Shown here: piece by piece, positions 1 through 13,221 of the stretch | How the letters are laid out: each line of letters starts with the position of its first letter | How positions within the stretch are numbered: the first letter of the stretch is position 1 | From: Trichoplax sp. H2 | Taxonomy: Eukaryota | NCBI GenBank assembly: GCA_003344405.1 | Contig: NOWV01000219.1 | Location: 62,001-112,366, forward strand | DNA: 50,366 bases | Direction of reading: 5' to 3' | Position numbers and translations under genes: made by a program | Notes under the pieces: model-generated | The model's database searches: none | What the model was told of the DNA's origin: nothing | The model's input: only the letters and a program-made list of their open reading frames with translations

Positions 1-2915
1 GAACAATAATTTTAAATTACACCATTAATTAAAGGTAGCTGAATATGTTTTTATCATAGCCGTTGTTAGCCATTAATTACATTCTATATTGCTGTGCGTT
101 ATTGCACAATCTCTATAAAGGTATATTACGATACGGACGCTTGTTCTAATTAGTAGACCACTTTTTAGTTAATTAGTTAGTCAGTTAGTTAGACAACTAG
201 TTTGTCAATCGCTATTGAATTATCAAGACTACAATCTTGGTTGTCAAGATTTCATCAGTAATAAATAGCAGCGATTCTCTAACTACCTTGTCTACACTAT
301 CAGCAACGCTATAACTATGCTATAGTATTCAGACGTTGGAACTGAACTATTTGGTGATATAGCTAATCTTGTCTCTTTAAGTCAGTCAGAGGCGCTCTTC
401 TTAAGCGTTACTTGTGTAGATTTACTTTGTCTCTAGTGGTGTGTGACAAGGTGTCTGACCAAGTCATGTTAAGGGCTTTAATTAGGTAAGGATATTGCAG
501 CTAATGAACTTCACCATTTCATTACACCTTTTTTAATCTAACCGTGATCGTCATATATGCATGGCCCATAACATCTACATTGCCCTCGAGCATCGTATAT
601 GTTGCCCGTTTGGCATACATAGCCCGTAACAATGTTGCATTACATTTTGCTCAATGACAAGTCTGGTTACTTTAGCACTAGTGCCCTAGCGTTTCGTCAT
701 TAATGGCTAGAAATTCATCAGAAACTAAGCAAGTATGCGAACTAGAATGCAGAATGAATCATGACATACCCTGCATATCATAAAGTATACCCTAATTGAC
801 AGGGCTCGTGAGTTTATAAGATGCATAATAAAGGAATAAATTTTGCATATAGAAATGTGCGCAGCTCCCGGGGACATTCAGCTCGAAACTTTCTAACCTA
901 TTGATGAAAATGTAGCAGAACTCTAGCAGACTATCATGGTGGCAAGAGATAATTATTAACTGCATAGATTTTCATTTTCTCACAGGTTTCATTGAAGAGT
1001 AAACGGTGCAAGGTATTGTTTTATTGTTGGCATAAGAGAACGAATTTAAATAATACTCTTACACCAAGTGAATCTCTTTCTGCTCATGGATCGCATTGAA
1101 TGAAATGGTGCCTTGCTTTGTCGCAGAAACACCTAAAGCTGCCTAAAGTAAGGATTTCCGTGCTGATCTAATGTTATCTACCAGATAAAATGGTAGCATA
1201 ATGAAGAAGCTACGGCTAGAAAGATGGTTTGAATAATAGTGAATTGGAGGCTAGACTTGCTAGATCGACGGGATTTAGTACAGATAGTGAATATTATGCT
1301 ATTATGCCATAACTTGTGTGGTGACAACGTTACTTTAGAAATGCTCCAATTTCACCATAGTATTTACTACTTTTTTTATTTAAACTTTAAAGACGCTAAA
1401 ATAGTTATCTAGCAAACCAATTTCAATTTTTTGTAACCTATTTTAGCCGCTCTAGCTATGAAACGCTGCTAGAAGCCAGCTCAATCAAAGTAGAATATGT
1501 GACTACGACTTGTTGTTTGTAATTCTGTATTGATGCACCCATGTTTGATTAAACGGATAGCTATATTTGATATAGTTAGGTTGCTTTGAATAGATATTAT
1601 CGTGAAGCTAATATTAGATGATTGCTAACTTCTATATTAGAAATTGTTGATGACTAATAGTAGCCAGTTGACTAATTATGGTACAAGATTTATGTAGCTA
1701 GAAACATCGTAGTTGTTAAGATGCCCATCGGAGAAAGGGCCTAGATGTTAATAGAAGAGTATTGACATCTTAAGTAGAATGATTTAGATTGTATAAAATA
1801 ATGATGTACTATTAGAGAAAAGTATTTTGTTTGATGACTTATGTCCGATTGTAGATTAATCAAGTTGCCATAAATGGATTTAACGTAATGTTTACATAGG
1901 AGAAGAGACTTCACTTCGCTTTGAGCTCGGAATACTCTCGATTTTACACTAGATTCTAGTAGTAATTGATCATTGCTCTACTATTTTTAAAACCTTGTAA
2001 TAAAAGTCTTTTCGAAAATAACATTTGACTAAGATAGTTCTTGTGAGACGCATTTATTACAAATGCATGATGTTACGTAGGTTCTTTCTTTCAATCGCGC
2101 GTATTAATGTAATTATCCCCAAATGAAAGAAATCCTCTTGTTGACAATAATAATACCCTATCGCCGGAGATCAGATAACCTTCTATCTGTAACAGCGCAT
2201 AATAGTTTATCAACATAGCTGGCTGGATGAGATATCCACTGTTAGATGCACATAGAAAAGAACAGGTATTCAATTACTTTACAGCTTCCGTAGCATTCTG
2301 ATGTCAGTTCGAGTACGTATATCACTATAACAGGACTAATGCTGTAAGCACACACGATGTCAGTTAATGGGCACCATTATACAGTAAATCACTGTTATAC
2401 AAAATTGACAAACGTAGTAAACTTCCCTATTCATTTTGCCAGACAGTGATCTGTAGTAAGGTAAATTGTAAGCATTTTTCATGAACTTGCGGAGTCTAAT
2501 GTACACTTGTACAATGTACATGTAGTCCATGCACCTACTAAAAGAACAATATTCCACGTACCATACGAATATCACAAGGACTAATGTATATCTAATTATC
2601 TAGGTGATCTTTCCGTTTTCAGAATATGAAACATCGAGTGCAAAGTCTGACAGTAGCTGGCTGTTGTAATCATTTTATGGGTGGCCTTGAGAATTAGCCA
2701 TAACTGCGAGGCCCACAAGCGTTCAAGAGAAACTCTGTTATTGTAACGCCCTTCTTTTTACGCTTCTAGCTGTCCTAGCGTCCGTAACTCGCACACAAAA
2801 TATTGTCCGGACGTCCTGAGTCCTGGCCCAAGCAAATTATTACAGAAATGACCTCGCCCAGAACAGTATGGCTAAGTCCATCCTTAGTGGAAATGAACTT
2901 TATGCTGTGAACAGC

Positions 2916-3304
2916 CATAACTTTACAAGTCCATGGCTGTACTACGAGTTAACGATAATGGAATCCGTTCCTATTTTAGTTGTCCCATTCGATGGCGATC
3001 CGTAGTGTACAGTCTCAATGTGGACTTGTGGAGTCCGACTACCTCTTTTTGCTCGTCTTTTTGCTTCAAGTACAGTACAGTACTTTCGGTAGAGTCAAAT
3101 GATCGGCGAAATCCTGTCATAACTTTAGAAGTCCATGACTGTACTACACGAGTTAACGATAATGGAATCCGTTCCTATTTTAGTTGTCCCATTCAATGGT
3201 GATCCGTAGTGTACAGTCTCAATGTGGACTTGTGGAGTCCGACTAACTCTTTTTGCTCGTCTTTTTGCTTCAAGTACAGTACTTTCGTTAGAGTAAAATG
3301 ATCA
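2916..3304. repeat. Tandem duplication, 202-bp period, near identical
   Basis: cataacttta.aagtccatg.ctgtacta...gagttaacgataatggaatccgttcctattttagttgtcccattc... at 2916 and 3118; a third copy follows the gap at 4119. Confidence 0.9.
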
Positions 3305-4624
3305 AGGAAATGCTATCAATTCTGCACGTTCTCTCGGCGTACTCCAGTACAGTACTTCGCCTAGAGTTAAGTCAGGACAGTACACGACCATGTTGTACTG
3401 CGATGTCAAGTTTGGACTTTCTGTACTGTAGAGGTAAATTGGAAAAAATTCATTTCATTGAACTGCCATGAGTTTGAATCATGAAACTGTAGTTAATCTG
3501 TCAAGAACTATAAAATAAAAAGGCTAAAATAGCCACCATAACAACATGTACTGTACTGGGATGAAGTACAGTGGCGGTCTCATCATTATTTCCCGACCTT
3601 TGAAAATATATAACAACTACTCTGTTTTATTTTACTCTGCCAATTTGGTATCAATCGATTGGAAATAGAATGCTTTTTGCGACTATGTAGTTTATATTTA
3701 TATAAAGGATTTCAATTTACTAATATTAGCAAATGAAGTTGAAATTGTTTGTAGCTCAAGTCCGCCACTTGTTCTACAATTGATAGTCCAGTTTATACAG
3801 TCTATTTATTGCTTGAAGTACAGTACAGTATAGACACTTTATACTGTACACTGTACACTGTACTCGGTATGTCCACACCATCGAGTTCCAATAGGTGACA
3901 TAGCTTTTGCATAGTTTGTACAGCGTTCAGCGCCAAGATACACTTATTATTGTCCCTTACTGGGCTCTGCTTGGCCGTAGCCCGACTACTTATAGTCTAC
4001 ATGGTAATCTTCAGTACAGTCTTCTACAGACGTCAAAAGGGAGGCGCAACTTTCGTTGGTAAAATCGCAGGGAAAATTGTTCCATTTCCCTCTCTCTCNN
4101 NNNNNNNNNNNNNNNNNNGTCCATGACTGTACTACACGAGTTAACGATAATGCAATCCGTTCCTATTTTAGTTGTCCCATTCAATGGTGATCCGTAGTGT
4201 ACAGTCTCAATGTGGACTTGTGGAGTCCGATTAACTCTTTTTGCTCGTCATTTTGCTTCAAGTACAGTACTTTCGTTTGAGTAAAATGATCAAGGAAATG
4301 CTATCAATTCTGCACGTTCTCTCGGTGTACAGTACTATACAGTACAGTATGGGCACTTTATACTGTACACTGTACACTGTACACTGTACTCAGTGTGTCC
4401 ACACCATCGAGTTCCAATAGGTGACATAGCTTTTGCATAGTTTGTACAGCGTTCGCCGCCAAGATACACTTATTATTGTCCCTTACTGGGCTCTGCTTGG
4501 CCGTAGCCCGACTACTTATAGTCTACATTGTAATCTTCAGTACAGTCTTCTACAGACGTCAAAAGGGAGGCGCAACTTTCGTTGGTAAAATCGCAGGGAA
4601 AATTGTTCCATTTCCCTCTCTCTC
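3131..4624. repeat. Gap-flanking duplication (probable uncollapsed haplotypes) around N gap 4099-4118
   Basis: 4119-4624 repeats 3131-~3345 plus ~3820-4098 with a few SNPs; ~3350-3820 is absent from the second copy. Confidence 0.85.
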
Positions 4625-4707
4625 AACCTATTTCAACACTTGATTCGAATGTTGGATTGCCTATTCCATTCTCTATTGTCTCATTATTGATTGCCAGGTT
4701 ATTGGAA

Positions 4708-7123
4708 ATGCCAGAAGTTTATCACACCGTTTCTTCATCCGTGGTTTGCTGTGCCTTCAATAGCGATAGAAGTCGTAAGTTCATAGAGGGTTAGCGATAG
4801 TTATTCCATGCTCCCCGTCCCAGCGTTGCCGTTGACTTCCCATCATCAAGTATCTGTATCTCATGTTCTTGTGTAGTCATAGTTATAATAGAGATTGTAA
4901 ATGTCTGTTGAAGGGAAACTGCAATAATTTAAGAGAAAATAGTTTGCTCTATAGGCGAAAGCAATGCTCTTCCGTAGTGACAGTATGTCGGTGTGGTTCC
5001 GCCATCAAACTAGGTTGACAATCATGTGACCTAGCGTACTCTCACCACATTCACGACTTACTACAATTTTTTTTCCCCACTTTCTCACTCTTCATTATTT
5101 AGTCAGGTAAAACTTTACTGAGTTTATTCCTCTTTTAATATTGGATTCGTGTTGATGTTGTAGAATTGGCTCTTTGTCCTAACAATGAAGAAGTACATAT
5201 TTATGTGAAGAAGGGAGCAAGCTGGAGTTTAAGTAAAGTTCTGAAAGAGGTTATTCCCAAAACTAAAGTTTTCATCAATGATAGTTTGGATAAAACTTCA
5301 ATCTTTATTTTCTTACCATTACTTTTCAATTTCGGCTTCATGTAGTAATCTAATGTATAGGATGTTATTCCTAATTTTTATGAGCTATTTTCAAGGTGTT
5401 TTACCGGTAATGAACTTCATCATCCGTTATTGACCTTACACTCTACTTTGAATTATTGTAGCACACAGAAATTATCAACGGCATTGATTGGGCTTCTGAA
5501 AGTGATAAAATTGTAACTTGTAGCTCGGTAAGTTGATTCATGACATCACTATTCGTCATTAGGAATCTGTAATGAGGATTATTTTATTATCTCGGATTTA
5601 ATCTTACTATGGTGATGGCTTGTTGGCTAATTAGGATAGGAATGCTTACGTATGGAAGCGTGAAGGGAATGATTGGAAGCCAACTTTGGTATTACTCCGG
5701 ATGAATCGTGCGGCTACGTGTGTTAAATGGTCACCAGACGGTATGATGATTATTCTAATATAGAGTAGATAGCAAAAGTAAACTTTAGGCTGCAGTACTG
5801 TGGTAATACATCAGTAACGCCATTTCAGTAGCTTTTTATCGGGGATGTAAAATAACTTGGGATTATAGTAGGACTTGTTATTTTTGTGATAATGTAGAGA
5901 ACAAATTTGCTGTTGGATGCGGCGCCAAATTGGTTTCCATCTGTTATTTTGAGAAAGAAAATGATTGGTGGGTCAGCAAGCATATCAAGAAGCAAATCAA
6001 CTCGACTGTGTTATCAGTTGATTGGCATCCCAATAATATTTTACTAGCAACTGGATCGTGCGATTTTAAGTGTAGAATATTCTCTGCATACATAAAAGAA
6101 ATCGAGAGTAAACCATCACCAACATCTTGGGGCTCCAAAATGAATTTTGGTGCTTGCATGCACGAGTTTTCTAATTCTGGAGGTGCTTATTGTATTTATA
6201 AACTTTCGTTGTTGACATTTGAATTGATAGCTTATGTTGATCGGTAACCAACGCAATGTTATGGCTTTTACGTAGAAGTATATCTCCTGCAAACACTAAT
6301 TATCATGCTTGTTATTTGTTCTAGGTGGATGGGTACATTCTGTTTCTTTTTCATTCGATGGTAAAAAAGTTGCATGGGTTGGCCATGATTCTAGTATATC
6401 AGTTGTTGACTCTGAAAGAGACAACATTTTGTTGACTGTGAAGAGTACTTATTTACCCTTCGCTTCATGTACCTGGATTTCATCGAATAGTATTGTCAGT
6501 GTTGGCCACGATTGTGTTCCGTATATGTTCAGTATTGATGGTGCTGGAAATCTTACATTTCGTGATGCACTTGATAAAAAGGAGAAAAAACAGTCTGAAA
6601 ACGTTTTTAGGTAATAGTAGCAAGCGTTTCTATCTTTGTTACTTGTTGAGTAGGTTCTTTTTGCTTAGAAAGGGCTAACATTATAAACTTATTGTTTTCT
6701 TTCAGTGCGTTAAATAAATTCAGAGATCTAGATAGACTGGGTTCTACCAAAAGTGATAGAAGCAACACATCATTAAATTCTATTCATCAAAATGCCATCA
6801 AGTAAGAGGCTCACACATTAATATGCAAACCATTACCATCGATTGATGAAATTATCGATATCCATTTCTAGGGGCGTAGCTATTGCTAGAGGTACAAAGA
6901 AAGACTGTGCGGTATTTTCTACCTTTGGAATGGACGGTAAAATTATAGATTGGGATTTAAAGGTAAGCATTAGAAAAATGATTATGAGTATATTGATGCT
7001 TACACATGCAAATACTATTCCTTCTTATTTCCTACTGAATTGCAACAAAGAGAAATAAACTTTTTGCGTTCCTTGTTCATATAGTCGCTGGAACAATCCA
7101 TAGCCGGACTAAAAATTGCCTAG
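4708..7123 (+). CDS. ARPC1: Arp2/3 complex subunit 1 (p41-Arc, WD40), 9 coding exons, 373 aa
   Basis: Exons 4708-4774, 5164-5249, 5462-5527, 5635-5740, 5898-6182, 6325-6610, 6706-6801, 6872-6962, 7085-7123. All introns GT-AG and frame-consistent (1122 nt). ARPC1 motifs: [24 protein letters not shown]...[99 protein letters not shown]. Confidence 0.97.
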
Positions 7124-7239
7124 TTTCTGGAAAATTGTGTTTACTAGAATGCCAATTTTAGTGCATTACTATTTCAGCAGTTGCAAATGTCTATATGGCA
7201 TCTGCTTCATTAGTTTTATTGTTATTTCATGATAGTAAT

Positions 7240-7245
7240 AATAAA
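7240..7245 (+). terminator. Candidate polyadenylation signal (AATAAA) for ARPC1
   Basis: AATAAA ~115 nt after the ARPC1 stop codon; the motif is common in AT-rich DNA. Confidence 0.35.
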
Positions 7246-8070
7246 ATGAACATTGATGATTATTACATGCTCACGGCGCCATGCACTTCAACAATGCAGC
7301 GTACTACTATGTCGTAACCCGAGACATAACTGAGGCATAGCTGGTTTAACTAGGTAAATGGGTAAGGATGATCACATATCTTTTCTTGGGCAATGCCACA
7401 TGTCGTATGTACGTGTTATCCTATCAATTACTATCGCCTTAATCATTCATTCATGTATTTTTATACAGTATTAGAAAATTTTTTCGTGGATATTGTAATT
7501 ACTATGCACCTTACATATAGCTTTGAAATTACTATCATTTTTCTTTGTAGTTTGTATTCGCGGTTGATCTAAGATTTGAATCTCTGTTTAAATTGTACTG
7601 TAATGTATCCAAATAAAAATTCTCGCTGTTATCATGAACGTATTGAATATTATTTGCTTGTTTATGTCTGTTGTTAATTGAGAGCTTATTGATAGTACGA
7701 AAATATTTACAGCAGCCATAGATTACGCAATAGTGTTTAAGCTTTCCAATTTTTGTACTCGAATTACTGAAACATCGCAATTGGAATTATCCGTTTCTAA
7801 AATGAATTAATTATCTACAATTAGAAGTAAATGCAATGCAGTTACAACAATTTTTCGAAAATCCTTCCAAGGAATAAAACAAATTAGTACAGTAATGGAT
7901 ATGGTAGTGTCTGATCTTAAGTAATATTGTATGATATTTTAAAGTTTTAAATAGAATTTTGGAACAGCAACAGTTATATTCCTGTCACCTTGACCATATA
8001 ACTACAGTACAACAGGCGTCATGAATTATCTTATTTTAACTATAACTAACTATCAATTTAAGGTTTACAA

Positions 8071-11000
8071 TCAATTCAAGTTAATTCGTTTTTCTTTCGC
8101 CCATTTCTTGATAATTCGAATTATGTACTCAACTTGTGGGTTTGCAGTGTTGCGAAGAATAGCTAATAACTCTCTTAGCGTCTCCCTGAAGGTTAAATTT
8201 AATAAAATGTAGTTAGCAATCGATAACTTACACAGTTTTATGCCGATGTATTGTATATATTTTATCAACCTGCCTTGTGCAACTACTTACCGAGGTTCAT
8301 GACCAGCAATAATTAGTTGAAATAAGCCAATACATGCCCCTCTTTTACCTTCCCAATGTTCCGGATTAGGATCCATCCTCTCCAATACGTCAAAAGCTTT
8401 ACAAGCATAGTAGAATTGTCCCATCTAAAAGATTTATTTCATCGTTTTTATTGTCCATTCGACACGAAATAAATCCAATCGACTTCAGAAATTCCATACC
8501 TTATAACATTCATTAGCAATAAGAGTTAATAGTTGGAAAGATTCTGATGATGTTTCCATCTTGAGATAGGATTCCCATGCTAATCGTGATTTTCTATTCA
8601 TAATATCTAAAGGAAAAATAGACCTACCATTATTATTCCATATACCACTAATTCACAGAATAATACAGTACGAGAGTGATTGCATCTAGCTATTGTTAGA
8701 TGATTAATAAATTATTGAAACTTACAGCATCGAGCTAACCAACTAAGATATGTGTAATCATTTTTGATTTTTTCGCTTTGTATCATGAGAAATATCTAAT
8801 CAAGAGGGAAGCAGATTCAGAATTATTTAATTGTTGAGCGAACTATACGAAAAAAATTAAGCATAATACAAGCAGAGCATCTCTACAGTAATTAGAAATA
8901 ACCTCTTCAGCTTCCTTATAATTTCCTGCAACTGCTTTCGCTTGTGCATAATTGAAATTGAATACGTCGTCGTTATAGAAGTAGCTCTATAAAAATATAA
9001 TGGCAAAATATAAGTACAGATTACTATATTGAAGAATTCTGTTTATTAATGATATACGAGCAGTAATCAGATATAATATTTACAAATTCGAAAAGCTTAA
9101 AACTTATGATTTGTTTACCTTGATGGAATTAAGATAAATCAAGACATCTTCAAATTGCTTGAGAAGAAAGAAGCAAGCTGCCATACATTGCCTACCAGGT
9201 ATTGTATCTAAATGTAATTACAATGCATAATTTATTTTCATTTTCGATTACACGTATGCAAACTATCACTACTATAATTGACAGTGCAAGTAAATTTACC
9301 GCATTCGCTGGCTGATCCACCAACTAGTTGAAAGTACTGTTGAGCAATACGAAGATGCTCGCGCTATCGTAAAATGAAAATAAATAATAAGTAGAAAAAA
9401 ATTCTAATTTTTTTCTAATCTGCTGTGGCTAGCAATGCAATTAGACAAGAATATTTGTGACTAATTTTTCTTCTAACCGATTGTTGCTCTTGACCTAGAG
9501 CTGCATTGACAACACCTTTTAAAATGTATTCCTAGAAATAAGTAATACATTTTCAGTATTTGAGCTCATAAATTTCAATCGCTAAGGATAAATCTTTTCA
9601 GATCGAGAAATTAAACTTACTTGTGGAATTGTTGGTTCTAAATCTTTAATCAATTTATAAGCTTCTACAATATCATCTTGCTTTAGGTAATAAATGACCT
9701 GAAGGTCAAATAAGGGGTAATTAATAAGTTTAGACTATTTAAATAATTTGAAATGTATCGCAATTTAGCAGTTCCAGTTAAAGAATTTACTAGATTAAGT
9801 CTTGCTTCTGGAATAACATCTATTAATGGTGGGAGAACTTGTAACGCTCCTTCACCTCCTCGGAAGACAACCTTTAAAACAATTAATAAAGGAGCGTTAG
9901 AAATGAATATGTAAAGATTTTGGACTCAATAAAAGAGCTACTGGATATTCTACAGATTTGAAACTACACGCTTTAGTGGATTAGAAGCTTACCAAATTGT
10001 GTTTTATCAAGTCTTTAGCAAAAACTAGGCTTGGCGATGACATTTCTTGTAGGTTCTTCAATTCAGCCTACAATTAATACATGGAATATCATTATAATAG
10101 CATAATTACTCACATAAATGCTTAAATTTAGAGATAGATGAAGTATGGCGATATTGATATAGATTATAAGCCATATTTACTTACCTCTGCTGCTTTTCCA
10201 TTATAAAGCTTGAAGTGATTGCAGGCTTTTAAATTTAAAGCTATTACACTACAAGAGGCATATGAATATTATAATGCATATATATTACCTATCGAAAGCT
10301 GTACGTAGTTATTTAAAAATAATATTTTAGAAACGTAGCTTCTAAGTTGCATTTATAGATTACCTATCTGGATTATTTTGCAAATAAACCGCCAAAACTT
10401 CCTGTGAAACATCGTAGTAGTCTAGCTTGTAATAGCATAAGGCCACATATACGTTTAAAGCTAAATAATCCCTATCAGTTTCGGAGATAAAATTAGATCA
10501 ATCCAAAATTAATGCTGTAGTTGTGATCAAATTACAAAGCTATATCAACTTAAAATAGAATAATGATTGACGACTGCCCTATACCTATTTTCTAGTAAGA
10601 TTCGTTTATAAATATCTATAGCTTCTTGATAGTGACTTCTTAAATAGTGAATTGATGCAAGGCTTAGCTGCAGTATAAATAAGTATAACACGATATCAGT
10701 TATAAATGTGTGTAACTAATTGAAGATGCAGTACATTAGTTTAAATCCACTTTACTTGATCTTGTATGACGTCTTGTAATTGTTGATGATAATGCATTAG
10801 ACGCTTTTCGTCATTAAACTGAAAGATTAAACCAAAAAGAAATTTTATGACATAGAATTTGTTTAAATTTTGAGGTCTTCTTTATAGAAGAGAATGAGCA
10901 CATCATTAAAATAATTATACCGGCGTTTAGAATAAAGTACCTTTTGAGATAAGTGAAATTGTAATCGGTTTTGTAGTTTACTTTTAGGACCTACAAGAAA

Positions 11001-12014
11001 TAATTAGACTTTATTATTAAGCATTTATACATGATAAAATTTTGTAATGGCATTGGCGATGTGCATTCCTAAGGACAGCTGCCTTTATCGAATATATAGT
11101 TACCTTTATCAGCTGCAGCATCAGATTCTTTATACATTCCTAGTAGGAAATAGCAACATGCTAAATAGCACCAGTAGTCTGGGTTACAGCCTACTTTTGA
11201 TGTAAGCTTTTGATATTCCTATAAACATCGTATGGAAAGTAACAATTTCGTATCAATCTATTTCAATAGCCTCCGAATTTTATACCAAATCGATTATTTC
11301 AAGTAAGTAATTCATGAACATTATAAGAAATACCTCCATAGCTTTCTTATAATCCCCAAGGTGGAATGCACAGTAAGCTATCCACAAACTGACTTCATCA
11401 TTTCCCTTACCACCTCCTCTATCGAACTTATACCCCAAAGAGAAATGATATCGACGATTAAAATAAAATAAGGCACTTGTACATAATGCATTGACTATTA
11501 TGGAATAATAATATAGCTGCACTATATGAATTTAATACGTTATACTGTATTCTGATTTACTTCTAGTAGAGTCATGGCTCCAGTGTAGTCTCTCTTGTTC
11601 AGAAAGTCGTCTAATTGAGGAACTTGTTGCTCCTTTTTCTTAGTCTCTTTCTCTTGAGCGGTTACTGGTTTTGCTCTTGATAGTAACTAATTTAATGGGA
11701 TATTTTAAAGCACATTAGATGTTATCATGTCCACAGCAGTTTACAACGTATTAATAGCAGCCAGAATTTGAATCCTGATAATAGGATTGAATGTAATCTT
11801 AACTTTATTATGATAAGTAAAACTTGGGAATAAAGAGTCCGACACTTTAAAACATAACTCGGTTAACTTATAATTTATTTCTAATTATTCTTTATTAAGT
11901 TTATGCCTGTTCCACTTCATGATAGATTTGACTTGATTAATAGTCAAACAAAATGAAGAAAGGAAAAAAACGGTTGTAATAGAGCAATGATAAAGTTGGC
12001 AGCTAACTTACCAT
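8071..12014 (-). CDS. TTC26: Intraflagellar transport protein 56 (TTC26/DYF-13, TPR), 20 coding exons, 551 aa
   Basis: Minus-strand exons 12014-12012 (ATG only), 11686-11561, 11426-11334, 11218-11104, 10990-10941, 10818-10756, 10667-10585, 10471-10364, 10248-10185, 10067-9993, 9871-9791, 9698-9621, 9531-9478, 9363-9300, 9207-9119, 8986-8903, 8795-8726, 8606-8500, 8424-8291, 8185-8071. All GT-AG, 1656 nt in frame. Motifs: [127 protein letters not shown]. Confidence 0.97.
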
Positions 12015-12666
12015 TTTCAGTGCGTTAAGTGTCTTGGGTTTAAGTAGTTACAATCAATCGACTGGGTCAATCTTCTAGTCGAAGTTATAGAAATAATAAC
12101 ATTTTTAGATGGTAAAAAGTATCCTTATTATTTAGCTATACTCTTATTATCTTATGTTTGGCTTTACCGCTTCTGCCGTTTCATTAATTATCATTACCCT
12201 ACCTGAACGCTACCTACTTGGGCGATAAAATGATCTGAATCAGGCAATTACGTTATAATTCTCTTTCAACAGGCAATGATCAATCTTGCGCAGTAATTGG
12301 ACCCTTGGCATTAACTTTCTTCCTAACGAGATTTTATCTTTTACTTGGTGAAGAAAAATGCGTTCCTTCTTCAAGCTGGCCATCCAAATCTAATTGAGAG
12401 ACGTTTTACCTGAACATGAAGGAAGAGTATGACATCTTACTGTCGCTAAGCAACTGCTGGCCATTTTGCGCAGAATCATTAGGACTTCCCATCACCGTGA
12501 GTTACTATGAGTACGAGACTGATCTGGTCAGTAAGTGAAAGTACAATCTAGTCCTAGTCATGTTAAGGTACAGTACGTATAGTAGTACTGTACGTCTATT
12601 ATACTGTACACTACACTATACAGTTAGTGTACAGTGTACAAGTACCCTATGAGAATTAATAATAAC

Positions 12667-12713
12667 AACCCTAACCCTAACCGGCTAACCCTAACCGGCT
12701 AGCCTTAACCCCT
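12667..12713. repeat. Short degenerate interstitial telomeric repeat, (CCCTAA)n
   Basis: aaccctaaccctaaccggctaaccctaaccggctagccttaacccct, flanked by imperfect ~20-bp direct repeats (12645-12667, 12710-12729). Confidence 0.7.
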
Positions 12714-13016
12714 ATGATAATTAATAACAGAGCGCAATTACTGTAAGCCAGTAAAAACGGTACGGTACGGTACGGCACAGTATAGTGAGCTTTTATTACA
12801 GTATTATAATGAACAACAAAATAAATAGAACTGTATACGTACAGTACAGTAGTACAGTGTACAGTACTGTACTAGTACTTAGTACATTGTACTGCATAGT
12901 GGCACGGTGCACACTGTATATTGAGTCTGCGCATCTCATTTTTCCAATGGATCGTTTGGTATTATTCAAGTCCCTCCTCCCCCTTTTAGTGATGAAATAG
13001 TTTGATTATTTTCCGG

Positions 13017-13221
13017 CTACTGTTCCGTAATTTCCTGTCGAAAAGAAGGTGCTTATTTTGATGTTTACTTTTTAACACCTAGAAGTGTCAGCAAGCTCAT
13101 CGGATTCAATAGTTTGCTTATTTCATGCTACTGTAGTTCCTGTAGAAAAGGAAGCGCTTACGCGATACTTTACTTTGAGCTTTTCAACGGCTATAACTGT
13201 CAGCAGCCTATCGGAGCAATA
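13017..13221. repeat. Degenerate tandem duplication, ~110-bp period
   Basis: ctactgt...ttcctgt.gaaaag.a.g.gctta...tttactt...tgtcagca...atcgga..caata occurs twice. Confidence 0.6.

Noticed and set aside
2933..3202. 89-aa ORF with an internal repeat
   Set aside because: Translation of the 202-bp tandem repeat; the period is not a multiple of 3 and there is no protein signature.
2916..4330. Direct repeats superficially resembling a CRISPR array
   Set aside because: Units are ~200 bp without unique spacers, the context is eukaryotic, and there are no cas genes.
12230..12500. Protein-like minus-strand frames upstream of TTC26
   Set aside because: Interrupted by stops and would need a 20-nt intron; more likely UTR or promoter sequence.
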